From: Methanobacteriota archaeon
Lineage (GTDB): Archaea > Thermoplasmatota > Poseidoniia > Poseidoniales > Poseidoniaceae
Reading direction: 5' to 3'
NCBI GenBank assembly: GCA_002722135.1
Contig: PBKJ01000027.1
Coordinates: 75,833 to 139,832 of the forward strand
Length of the DNA: 64,000 nt
Shown piece by piece: positions 50,401-57,948 of this stretch (position 1 is its first letter; every line of letters starts with the position of its first letter). The notes beneath the pieces are model-generated. The model made no database searches. It saw only the letters and a program-made list of their open reading frames with translations, and was not told the DNA's origin. Position numbers and translations under genes: made by a program.

Positions 50401-52697
50401 AGGAAGCCCTGCGCGTGAAGCTCATCGAGATGCTCGGCTCTGAAGGCCCACAGACCGCTGACCACCTGGAGGCGCGGTTGCCCTTCCCACGGTCGATGGT
50501 CGAGCGGACCATCCACCAACTTGAGACTCGAAACGTCATCAGCATCGGCTTCTTCACGCAAACCGAAGAGGCCGAGTTCATCCTCAAAGTCGACGAGCAC
50601 CGCATCACGGGCGGCGAAGAAGAGGTCATCGAGTACCGCTCCATCCAGAACATGATCCTCGACAAGTCGTTCACCATGTACGATGACGTCGACCAAGCCT
50701 TTGACCAGCACCTGCTCTTCCAGAAGCAGCAGGAACTGCTCTACCGGATCAACGATTTCAGGTTCAGCGATTGGAAGGACCTGCAGTTGGACCGTGACAT
50801 CGTCAACGGGCGGCTCCTGCACAACCGCCAAGGGTACACGACGCGAAGGAACCTTCCCATGCTGCTCGGACTCAAACCTGAGCCTTACATCGGTGCGATG
50901 GAGGCCGACCTGCTCGACCGCATCCTGCCCGGCGAGGAACCTCAGCGCTCCGAAATCGTGGCCATGTATCCGAAAGGCGACGAACACAAGCAACTCCAGC
51001 GTGACGTCAAGAATGGCCTCGCCAACCTCGAGCGCCAACTTTTGGTCGCGAAACAATTCGAAGAAGTTCCAGGACGTCGTCGACGTTTGTCCTTCTACCA
51101 CCGCGTCCACGAGGTCTACGACGGGTTGTCCTTCGAGGACGCTTTGTGCGAGGTCATCCGTCGCATCGGGCCCATCAAGGCCAACACGCTTCGGTTCTAC
51201 GTCAGCCGTGCCTACGAAGAATTGGTCATCGCCCTCAAGGCGCTGGAACAGGATGGACGCATCAGCCGCGTTACTACGCTGGTGCCAGAACCCGAGGATT
51301 TCTATTGCGCTCCTGAGGAAGTCGGGACCTTCCGTCGCGCTCGGCGAGAGGACCGGTCGATGCGCATCCTGACGCAATCCGACCCCTACGTCTCTCGTTT
51401 CATCTGGGAGGTCCGCGCCATGTTGGACCGCGGCTGGTACCTGCCCGTGTTCAAGGGCATCGACCCGGTTGGGAAGGTCCTGATGTTCAAGGTGAACGAC
51501 TACCTCGAAGTCAAGGACATTCAGATTCCCGCAGCTTACCTCGAGGAATTCTGCGAAGCCTTCGACGTGCTGCTCAACAACCACGCCGAACAACTGGTGG
51601 ACGTCGCGGTCCTCAGCGGCATCAACGGTCAACCGATCAACGAAGTGGAGCAGGTCTGGCGCGACGCGCTGGGGAGCATCGGGTTCAAGCTCGCCGGGGA
51701 GCGGATGATCCGAGGGGGCATCGTCGAAACCCAGCCACGGAACCTCGCCGATCGTGCCTTGTTCCACAAGCACCACCTGCACCAATCGGCACGGCTGGAG
51801 AACGAGTTCCTCGCCCTCAAGAGGATTCGAGAAGTCCGTGACGACTTCGCCCTCCGTGGACGTGCTGAGGTCTACCGCGTGGACCTGAAGAGCATGGCGA
51901 GTGCGAACCGACTGCACCAGGGCGTCAACCTCCGAGGCCACCAGTCCTGGGCCTCCTACGAGCACTTCCAGACCCTGTTGGCCATCCGGGGCATTGAACC
52001 CGATGAGGACCTTGCTGACGTGCTGGAGTTCTTCTCGACACATTCGGATCATGAGTTGTTCAAAGAACGCTATGCGCTGAGCCAATCGGAGTTCAGAAAA
52101 TTGGTTCAACCCCTCATCAGGTCCGGTCACATCGTCCAAGATTTCCGAGGAGGATTCAGGACGGTCACCGTGGATGCCTCGCTTGAACGGTCTGTTTTGC
52201 GCAAGGAGTACCTGCGCTCCCTCGTGGCCGATTTCCCCGTCATGACGATCAAGCAACTCTTGTCCTTGGCAGGCAGCCACTTCAAGCCGGAGGAGGTCAA
52301 AGCCATCCTGACGGAGTTTGAGGAAGATGAGACCCTCATCAAGGGCTTCCTGATCGATGACCTGCACGAGGTCTGTTGGGGGCGAAAGGACCTCCTCGCC
52401 GAGGCCAAGGAACTCCAACCGATGCGCGACTTCGTGCTTCCGCCCTCGGACCCCATCGCGCCGTACTTTGCTGGCACGCTCAAGGAAAAGTTCGGCTTTG
52501 GCAGCGCCTATCTGGTGTTCAAGAACGGCGAACCGGCTGCCGCCTTCAAGGCCAACACCAGAAACCGCGTCATCGAAGTCACGGACTATGAAGGGAAGGA
52601 AGACGCGTGGCGCATCGTCAAGGAATTCGCGTGGGAGCACCAGATGCCGCTCACGTCCGAGGTCAGGATTGGCGGTCGACGGTTGAGCAGTTCCTGA
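47409..52697 (+). CDS. lhr: Lhr-family large ATP-dependent DEAD/DEAH-box helicase with an ~850-aa C-terminal extension
   Basis: FTAPQKMAIPAIMNGEHLLLCSPTGSGKT (Q motif / Walker A), DELH box, ..ARAGH.., followed by WH/domain-4-like regions and a long C-terminal region without recognisable catalytic motifs; 1762 aa. Confidence 0.75.
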   Translation: MPEITYLETSDDTEALAARLSEPVRRWFLDKFPDFTAPQKMAIPAIMNGEHLLLCSPTGSGKTLTAFLTVIDDLVRKALDGSLKDQVYCIYISPIKALANDIERNLLGPLEEIKARYLPDRAKEIRVGLRTGDTSQSDRQKMLRKPPHILITTPESMAIAVGSSRFQPIVSRVKWMIIDELHSLVPTKRGVHLSLTLSFLDTLLKDPVQRIGISATMEPLDTVAEYLVASDDRESRGEDQRIMVAKISGSRELDLDILITHPRFADRSVAQTLEANVEAIADLISAHTTTLVFANTRKMTETLVQRLRPFLGELVAGHHGSMDKNIRLEVERKLKLGHLRAVVTSSSLEMGIDIGSVDLVIQVGSPGDIATALQRIGRAGHHVGGIPRARFLPSSVDDLLELAALQAAIQTGDMDRLSFPQNCLDVVAQFLIGLVINEELDIDEAYEIVVNAWSYRNFAYDDFIEVLDLLEDERRIWVDWEENTFGKRGYSRMIYYTNIGTIAPDNSYLVFNAEGSILGKLSSSFVASLRTSDVILLGGSTYRVNTIQGTRVNVSNVTGYRPTVPSWSGEARSRSAELSSSLLDLIGRCAVALRREVDPRTVLTEAYSIGRDSAEIIARHLEEHVLTTFQVPDKDRILVEQIIGGPHPTYLITTCRGRGFNTALGYFMAGLAEQASIPVIEMSFDENGLLLKTAQDVDPGAMYEAFSADNHMDVIERYIIGTQIFAKRFREVAGRSLIIPKRIGAEEISPQQFQQRADALLNRHRTMEGSILIREAKNEILYGDIDLGGLEQFLTSCREGQARIVHIRTTLPSRIGMSLYMSAFEDLMSMRTRAFLVKDIDPAILERLLGRRSLATEMTNEQISDYYANKVPVPVDADTLLALMEHGGGLDRSFGNPLYREKLSGIDHEVIRGWVEELCTAGRITKIEATGMEELDGKWFSTYMGEIHGTLGCLAANGGRDVEDLLTLHTAGVTYRMASAFSGTKVTSWTDMELGDPQEALRVKLIEMLGSEGPQTADHLEARLPFPRSMVERTIHQLETRNVISIGFFTQTEEAEFILKVDEHRITGGEEEVIEYRSIQNMILDKSFTMYDDVDQAFDQHLLFQKQQELLYRINDFRFSDWKDLQLDRDIVNGRLLHNRQGYTTRRNLPMLLGLKPEPYIGAMEADLLDRILPGEEPQRSEIVAMYPKGDEHKQLQRDVKNGLANLERQLLVAKQFEEVPGRRRRLSFYHRVHEVYDGLSFEDALCEVIRRIGPIKANTLRFYVSRAYEELVIALKALEQDGRISRVTTLVPEPEDFYCAPEEVGTFRRARREDRSMRILTQSDPYVSRFIWEVRAMLDRGWYLPVFKGIDPVGKVLMFKVNDYLEVKDIQIPAAYLEEFCEAFDVLLNNHAEQLVDVAVLSGINGQPINEVEQVWRDALGSIGFKLAGERMIRGGIVETQPRNLADRALFHKHHLHQSARLENEFLALKRIREVRDDFALRGRAEVYRVDLKSMASANRLHQGVNLRGHQSWASYEHFQTLLAIRGIEPDEDLADVLEFFSTHSDHELFKERYALSQSEFRKLVQPLIRSGHIVQDFRGGFRTVTVDASLERSVLRKEYLRSLVADFPVMTIKQLLSLAGSHFKPEEVKAILTEFEEDETLIKGFLIDDLHEVCWGRKDLLAEAKELQPMRDFVLPPSDPIAPYFAGTLKEKFGFGSAYLVFKNGEPAAAFKANTRNRVIEVTDYEGKEDAWRIVKEFAWEHQMPLTSEVRIGGRRLSSS

Positions 52698-52750
52698 AGG
52701 CCAAACCATCGCACCAACAGGTTTTGAAGACGCGGGGCCGTCTTCCCCCC

Positions 52751-55700
52751 ATGCACGACGGACGCCCCCGTGCGCTCGCCCTCGTGGCCCTCTTGGTGCT
52801 CTCCACCACCCTCGCCACCTTGAGCCCGACCGCCGGCGCGGAATCATCCTTGGACATCGAAGTGCTGGACACCAAGGTCAATCCAGCGAACAACCACACC
52901 TATCACCTGCTTTCTGCCTCGTCATGGACGGAAGCAGCGCAGGCCGCCCGTGGCCTCGAAGGCTTCCTCGTCACGGTGGACGACGAAGCAGAAAACACGT
53001 GGCTGCACGAAACGTGGGGCAACGACGGAAACGTCACGCGCCATTTGTGGACCGGCCTCAACGATGCCGCGGAAGAAGGCGTCTTTCGCTGGCATGACGG
53101 CACGCCCTACATCCACCGTCAGTGGGGCGAAGATCAACCGAGCATGACCGATGAAGAGGACTACGTGCACATCACGGGTCCAAACATGGGCTCCATCCAG
53201 CCCGGCGATTGGAACGACTTGGAGAACGACCCGCAGTACTTCCCGGTCTACGGCGTGGTGGAGCTTGGCCCCGGCGCGGATTTCGCCTTGCGCTTCGACG
53301 GTGAGGACGACCACGTCATCACGGCCGATGACACGTCCCTGCGCGCACCCTCCTCGGAGGGTGAGTTGACCATCGAAGCGAGGGTCTATCCCACAGATCT
53401 CGACGGCATCCACACCGTGGTGATGTACGGCGACTATGGATACGGTCTCTACCTCAATGACGGACGCCTGGGGTATTCCTCAGAATACAGCCTGTCCAAA
53501 AACGCCCTGAGCGAGGCCAACACCACGCTGAGCGCGGACACGTGGTCCACCGTGGCCGTCGCCGTGAACGCATCCACGGGAGGCACCTTCTTCCTGAACG
53601 GCGAGGCCATCGGCTCGTTTGACGCCACACAAGCAGAGATTCCAGCGGGTGACTTCGGCTCCAACGACTGTTACGATGCAGGCCTCGCCTGCGAGAACCT
53701 GGTGATAGGACGCCACGGCGCAGGCGCAGACCGCTACCACTTCGAAGGCATGATCGACCACGTCAGCATCAGTTCTGACGACCACCGAATCACCACAGAC
53801 GACGGTGGCATCGGCCTGGACAGCTCCGACGATCCGCTCTCCACCTGGACGTTTGGTGAAGGCGAGGGAGACCTCACCATGGACAACGCCGAGAGGAACG
53901 GCACGATTCATGGCGCGGCTTGGGTGATGCCAGATGGCTCGGTGGTGGCTCAGGCTTTGGAACTCGAAAACGGCGATGAACTCGCCATCGAGGACGTGAG
54001 CGCCGGCGACACGCTCCTCTTCTTTGCCGAACTCCCTGAATACACTCGGGACTTCAGCGTCCAAGCCTTCGCATGGTCAGCCGGCAAAGGGAAGGAAGAC
54101 GGCGATGCGGAGTTTAGCCTCTACCACGACATCGACCGCGTTCCTTCAGCGTGGTCGCACATGGATGAAGTCGAAAATTGGGGCTGGGGCGGTGTGTTCG
54201 CCTCCTACAGTTGGCCTGATGCCGGCGTACACTGGTTTGCACTGCAGGCAGACTCTGACCTTGACGAATTCAGCCTGTGGGTGGAGTGGGACGTCGCGGA
54301 AGCCCCGCCAACCTTGGAGGACATGATCGAACTCAAGCACGGCATTCCTGTCGCCAACCAAGACCTGCAAAGCCAGCGCGGGAATGAATTCGGCGACACA
54401 ATCCAGTATTACGTCAACGTCACCGAGCCGCTTGCCGATCTCGCGGTGGAAACGTACGGCGGTGACGGTAACGTCGAACTCGCCATCTCCTACGGGGGCC
54501 CACCGGACCCCTTCGGGCAATGGAGCGAGTGGGACGAGTGGGACATCATTGGAGCACCCGGTTTCCTTGGTGAGGACGATGCGGATGTCGAAGCCTACGA
54601 AGATTGGTCGATGGGGCCCGGGAACGACGAGGAGGTTCACCTCTACAACGTTGAACCCGGCACCTACTACGTGACGGCGTACACCTGGGGACGAGCCTTC
54701 GATTTCAGCATCGTCGCCGACCTGACCCCAATGCCGACCAACGGCGAGGCCTCCGACGCCATTGCCCTGACCGCAGGCGTTCCGTACGGCCCCTTCTCCG
54801 GCTACGACGGTCTCAGCCAATACTTCTCCATCGACGTGCCGGAAGGCACAGAACGGCTGGAAGTTCGCCTGGACGACGGCGTCGGAGAAGCCGACCTCCA
54901 TCTTGCCTACGCGTCCACGCCGACGGAGACGGTCTACGACCACCGGAGCACGTCGCCTGGCTCGAACGACATGGTCGCGTTCAACGACCCCACACCGGGA
55001 ACGTGGATGATTCTCGTCCACACCGAGCGCGTGTTCAGCGGCACCACCATCCTCGCGGAGTTTGCCGACCGGTACGTCTGGGATTGGGACGGTGAGCCCA
55101 TCCAGTTGTTCAATGGAGAGGCCATTGTGGGCATCGAGGCAGAAGAAGGCACGGTGTTGGAATTCTTTGGCATCCTCGAGGAACCCGCCTCACCGCTTGA
55201 GGTCACGACCTGGGGCGAAGATGGGGTCATCGAACTCGAAGGCGAAGCGGAGCCCTACGATTGGGACCTGATCTTCGAGGAAGGGCCTCGTGGACGGCAA
55301 TGGGGCGAAGCCACGTGGATCGAAGGCGACGGCGCCAATTGGTTCTGGTACGTTGACATCGCCGCAAACGGGCGTTTTGACGTGACCGTTGAGGTGGTTG
55401 AAGACCTCAGTGCACTCGGCATCATGGCGACGTGGGTTGAGGCCGATTTGCCGCCCGTGGACGACGACGATGACGTTGACAGCGACGAACCCTTTGATCC
55501 TCAAGGGTGCGAAGACCGAACGATCGAGTGGTTCAGCGAACTTGATGCCAACCGGGACGGGTTTGTCAGCCTCGATGAGCACCGGCCGCACCCCGATACG
55601 GGCACACCCGGAGAGGACCTCGACCGCAACCAAGACGAACGCCTCCAAATGGCCGAACTGGAAGCCGATTTGTGCTCCTGTGCACAAGAATTCCTCTTCA

Positions 55701-56302
55701 TTTGGGAACAAGCCGACGAAGCCGATGCCATCGCGCTCGAGGATTTGGAAACGGTGTCTTACCTGAACGAGATTGATTTGGAGGCCATGGACCGAGACGG
55801 CGACGGCGACATCGACGACCGTGAGGCTGAGCGTCACACCCTGGCCTGTTCAACGACCTACGACCCGATCGACCTCGACGGTGACGGTGTCCCCAACGAC
55901 GACGACGCGTTCCCGGAAGACCCCGACGAGAGCGAAGACTCGGACGGCGACGGCGTGGGCGACAATGCAGACCTTGTCGCGGGTGTCAACGACAGCATGG
56001 TGACCTACGGAGCCGCGGCGGCCGTCCTCGGTCTGGTCATTGTCTTGCTGCTGACCATGTTGCGCCGAGGACCCGGTGGTGCACAGCCGGTTGACCCGTG
56101 GGCGGAACTCGGGGACGAGAAGCGCATGCCAGACCTCTTCGAACCCGCAACCATGGCTCAGGAACCGTCCATGGCGTTTGATTCAGCTCCATCTTCTGCG
56201 AGCAACAACCCCGTACAGCCTGCACCTGAAGTCCCAGGCATGACCGATCTGCCGCCGCCGTTGAACGATGCGTTGCCAAGCGAACCACTCGAGTGGCGAT
56301 GA
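52751..56302 (+). CDS. Large secreted surface protein: C-type-lectin-like domain + LamG/ConA-like domain + 3 PPC (pre-peptidase C-terminal) domains + EF-hand-like Ca sites + TSP3-like repeats + TM anchor + Pro-rich cytoplasmic tail
   Basis: Signal peptide MHDGRPRALALVALLVLSTTLATLSPTAGA; CTLD-like WTGLNDAAEEGVFRWHDG...WNDLEND; LamG-like block (LRFDG...LNGEAIGSF); PPC-like blocks (YYVNVTE..., YFSIDVPEG...ADLHLAY..., ...); DANRDGFVSLDE / DRDGDGDIDD loops; DLDGDGVPNDDDAFPEDPDESEDSDGDGVGDNAD; TM AAAAVLGLVIVLLLTML + RRG + 75-aa tail. The track ORF begins at 52607 inside lhr; start moved to the signal-peptide Met. Confidence 0.6.
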   Translation: MHDGRPRALALVALLVLSTTLATLSPTAGAESSLDIEVLDTKVNPANNHTYHLLSASSWTEAAQAARGLEGFLVTVDDEAENTWLHETWGNDGNVTRHLWTGLNDAAEEGVFRWHDGTPYIHRQWGEDQPSMTDEEDYVHITGPNMGSIQPGDWNDLENDPQYFPVYGVVELGPGADFALRFDGEDDHVITADDTSLRAPSSEGELTIEARVYPTDLDGIHTVVMYGDYGYGLYLNDGRLGYSSEYSLSKNALSEANTTLSADTWSTVAVAVNASTGGTFFLNGEAIGSFDATQAEIPAGDFGSNDCYDAGLACENLVIGRHGAGADRYHFEGMIDHVSISSDDHRITTDDGGIGLDSSDDPLSTWTFGEGEGDLTMDNAERNGTIHGAAWVMPDGSVVAQALELENGDELAIEDVSAGDTLLFFAELPEYTRDFSVQAFAWSAGKGKEDGDAEFSLYHDIDRVPSAWSHMDEVENWGWGGVFASYSWPDAGVHWFALQADSDLDEFSLWVEWDVAEAPPTLEDMIELKHGIPVANQDLQSQRGNEFGDTIQYYVNVTEPLADLAVETYGGDGNVELAISYGGPPDPFGQWSEWDEWDIIGAPGFLGEDDADVEAYEDWSMGPGNDEEVHLYNVEPGTYYVTAYTWGRAFDFSIVADLTPMPTNGEASDAIALTAGVPYGPFSGYDGLSQYFSIDVPEGTERLEVRLDDGVGEADLHLAYASTPTETVYDHRSTSPGSNDMVAFNDPTPGTWMILVHTERVFSGTTILAEFADRYVWDWDGEPIQLFNGEAIVGIEAEEGTVLEFFGILEEPASPLEVTTWGEDGVIELEGEAEPYDWDLIFEEGPRGRQWGEATWIEGDGANWFWYVDIAANGRFDVTVEVVEDLSALGIMATWVEADLPPVDDDDDVDSDEPFDPQGCEDRTIEWFSELDANRDGFVSLDEHRPHPDTGTPGEDLDRNQDERLQMAELEADLCSCAQEFLFIWEQADEADAIALEDLETVSYLNEIDLEAMDRDGDGDIDDREAERHTLACSTTYDPIDLDGDGVPNDDDAFPEDPDESEDSDGDGVGDNADLVAGVNDSMVTYGAAAAVLGLVIVLLLTMLRRGPGGAQPVDPWAELGDEKRMPDLFEPATMAQEPSMAFDSAPSSASNNPVQPAPEVPGMTDLPPPLNDALPSEPLEWR

Positions 56303-56321
56303 GCGCACACCAACCGTCACG

Positions 56322-57266
56322 TCATGACGACTTCGGTTTCAAGGCGAGTTGAATGGGTCGCATCAAGCGTAGAACGTGTGCGTGAAGCTCCGGGAGCAGT
56401 CTGAACATCACGAGCGCCAGTCCGTACATGGCCAACAAAGCGACCACGCGAGCGGCGTAGGTGTGCGCGAATTCGAACATGCGGAGACCAAAGACGTCGA
56501 CTGAGCCATGGATGGCGTGCAGCCAAACGATGCCTGCGTTTCGGAAAATGTTGAGCACGTGAATCAGCGGCAGGGTGAGCAGGAGCGCGCGAACGCGGCG
56601 CTTCCATGGCATGTCCAGCACGGCGATGGCGCCGACAAAGACGATCATGGACTGCAGCGCGGTGCAGGCCAGGACGATGTTGACGCCCACAGAGGTGCCG
56701 TCAGCCCAGATGAGATCTGTTTGGATGGGGTACTCGCCGAAGGGCTGGCTCCAGAACCACACGTTGCCCTCCCACTCTTGCCAGAGCACCTGCCCCTCGG
56801 GTGTGCTGACGTAGGTTTCCCCAACGTAGACGTCACCCGCCCCCGTGAATCGGAGCATCAAGGCGGATTGCGAGGCGACGGCGACGATGGCCAGCCGACT
56901 GAGCCAGGGCACGTGATAGGTCGCAAGATAGGGCAAGCCTGCGAGCGCGACCGCCCCCTTCAGCCAGCGAAGGGCCGATGCATCACGTGCATCTTCCACC
57001 TTCCATTCCCACCACGCAAGGCCGATGGACGCCGGGAGGGCTGCACTTAGCATGACGGTCAGGACAGGGTCACGTTCCTGCCAGTAGCCGTCAGCCATCA
57101 GAAAAAAACCAACACCAACCAGCGGCCATGCGATGAGGCTGACGCGATGCAAGCTGCCCCGTTTCGACAACGAAACACCGAGGAGAACCATGCCAAAGGC
57201 AAGCAAGCCGATGGATTCCACCGAGGCGCCCGCCATGACCTGAACCCCGTTCGCGTCTGTCTTCAA
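56322..57266 (-). CDS. Archaeosortase/exosortase-family transpeptidase-like membrane protein
   Basis: 7-8 TM helices; candidate catalytic Cys (IVLACTALQ) with Arg 41 residues downstream in an NIFRNAG context, matching the Cys173/Arg214 spacing reported for ArtA; further conserved Arg residues follow. TTG start in track; internal ATG at ~57236. Confidence 0.55.
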   Translation of the reverse strand: MKTDANGVQVMAGASVESIGLLAFGMVLLGVSLSKRGSLHRVSLIAWPLVGVGFFLMADGYWQERDPVLTVMLSAALPASIGLAWWEWKVEDARDASALRWLKGAVALAGLPYLATYHVPWLSRLAIVAVASQSALMLRFTGAGDVYVGETYVSTPEGQVLWQEWEGNVWFWSQPFGEYPIQTDLIWADGTSVGVNIVLACTALQSMIVFVGAIAVLDMPWKRRVRALLLTLPLIHVLNIFRNAGIVWLHAIHGSVDVFGLRMFEFAHTYAARVVALLAMYGLALVMFRLLPELHAHVLRLMRPIQLALKPKSS

Positions 57267-57336
57267 CCCTCCTCGTTGAAATCCATCGGAGCAGGGCAGT
57301 GGCCAACCTCAAGGGCCGGTGTGGAGAAGGTGTGGC

Positions 57337-57948
57337 ATGGACGGGCCCATTGCGCACGCGCTGCGCCCGTTTCCCGGTGGTCGCGAGGATGCTCCAATCG
57401 CGTTTCTCGACCGCGATGGCGTGCTGAACATGAGCCTCGATGGGTACGTGAACCACCCGCACGAATTGGCGCTCCTTCCCGGAACTGAACGAGCGATGCG
57501 TGTGCTCAGGGACGAAGGCTTCCTTCTGTGCGTTGTCACCAATCAGTCCGCTGTCGGACGAGGGGTGTGGGACGACGAACGGTTGCACCAGATCCATGAC
57601 CGGTTCGATGCGATGCTCGCCGCTGCAGGAGCGCAACCCGACCTCATCTTGGCCTGCCCTCACGTGCCTTGGGCCGGTTGCGGATGCCGCAAGCCGAGGA
57701 CTGGCATGCTGAGCCTTGGTGCATCGCTGCTCCGCTCAGAGCACGGCTTTGGTGTGCTTCGGCAACGCATGAACAACGTCGAGGCCCCCCCGAACAATGA
57801 CGATGTCATGGTCGGTGATCGCGGCAGCGACATCAGAGCCGGCTTGGCCTTCGGTGCACGTGCGTTCCACGCTGTGCGCGACCTTGGACTCGATTCGTTG
57901 CTGCCTCGTTTGTTGGATTGGGACGACCCCGGGGACAGGGTGAGATGA
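57337..57948 (+). CDS. HAD-IIIA phosphatase, GmhB (D,D-heptose 1,7-bisphosphate phosphatase)/HisB-N-like
   Basis: AFLDRDGVLN (motif I), VVTNQS (motif II), CPHVPWAGCGCRKPRTGML Zn-binding insert plus motif III, GDRGSD (motif IV). Confidence 0.6.
   Translation: MDGPIAHALRPFPGGREDAPIAFLDRDGVLNMSLDGYVNHPHELALLPGTERAMRVLRDEGFLLCVVTNQSAVGRGVWDDERLHQIHDRFDAMLAAAGAQPDLILACPHVPWAGCGCRKPRTGMLSLGASLLRSEHGFGVLRQRMNNVEAPPNNDDVMVGDRGSDIRAGLAFGARAFHAVRDLGLDSLLPRLLDWDDPGDRVR

Noticed and set aside
49794-52847. 1017-aa minus-strand ORF inside lhr; similar long antisense ORFs at 8357..9322 (in pan), 60635..62128 (in purB), 29537..30979, 28008..28883, 52922..55837 region, 33696..34622 and 34153..34677 (in the TSP3 repeats)
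   Set aside because: GC-rich (62%) DNA produces long stop-free antisense frames. Their translations are low-complexity (Arg/His/Gly/Val-rich), have no recognisable domains, and they overlap well-supported genes on the other strand.
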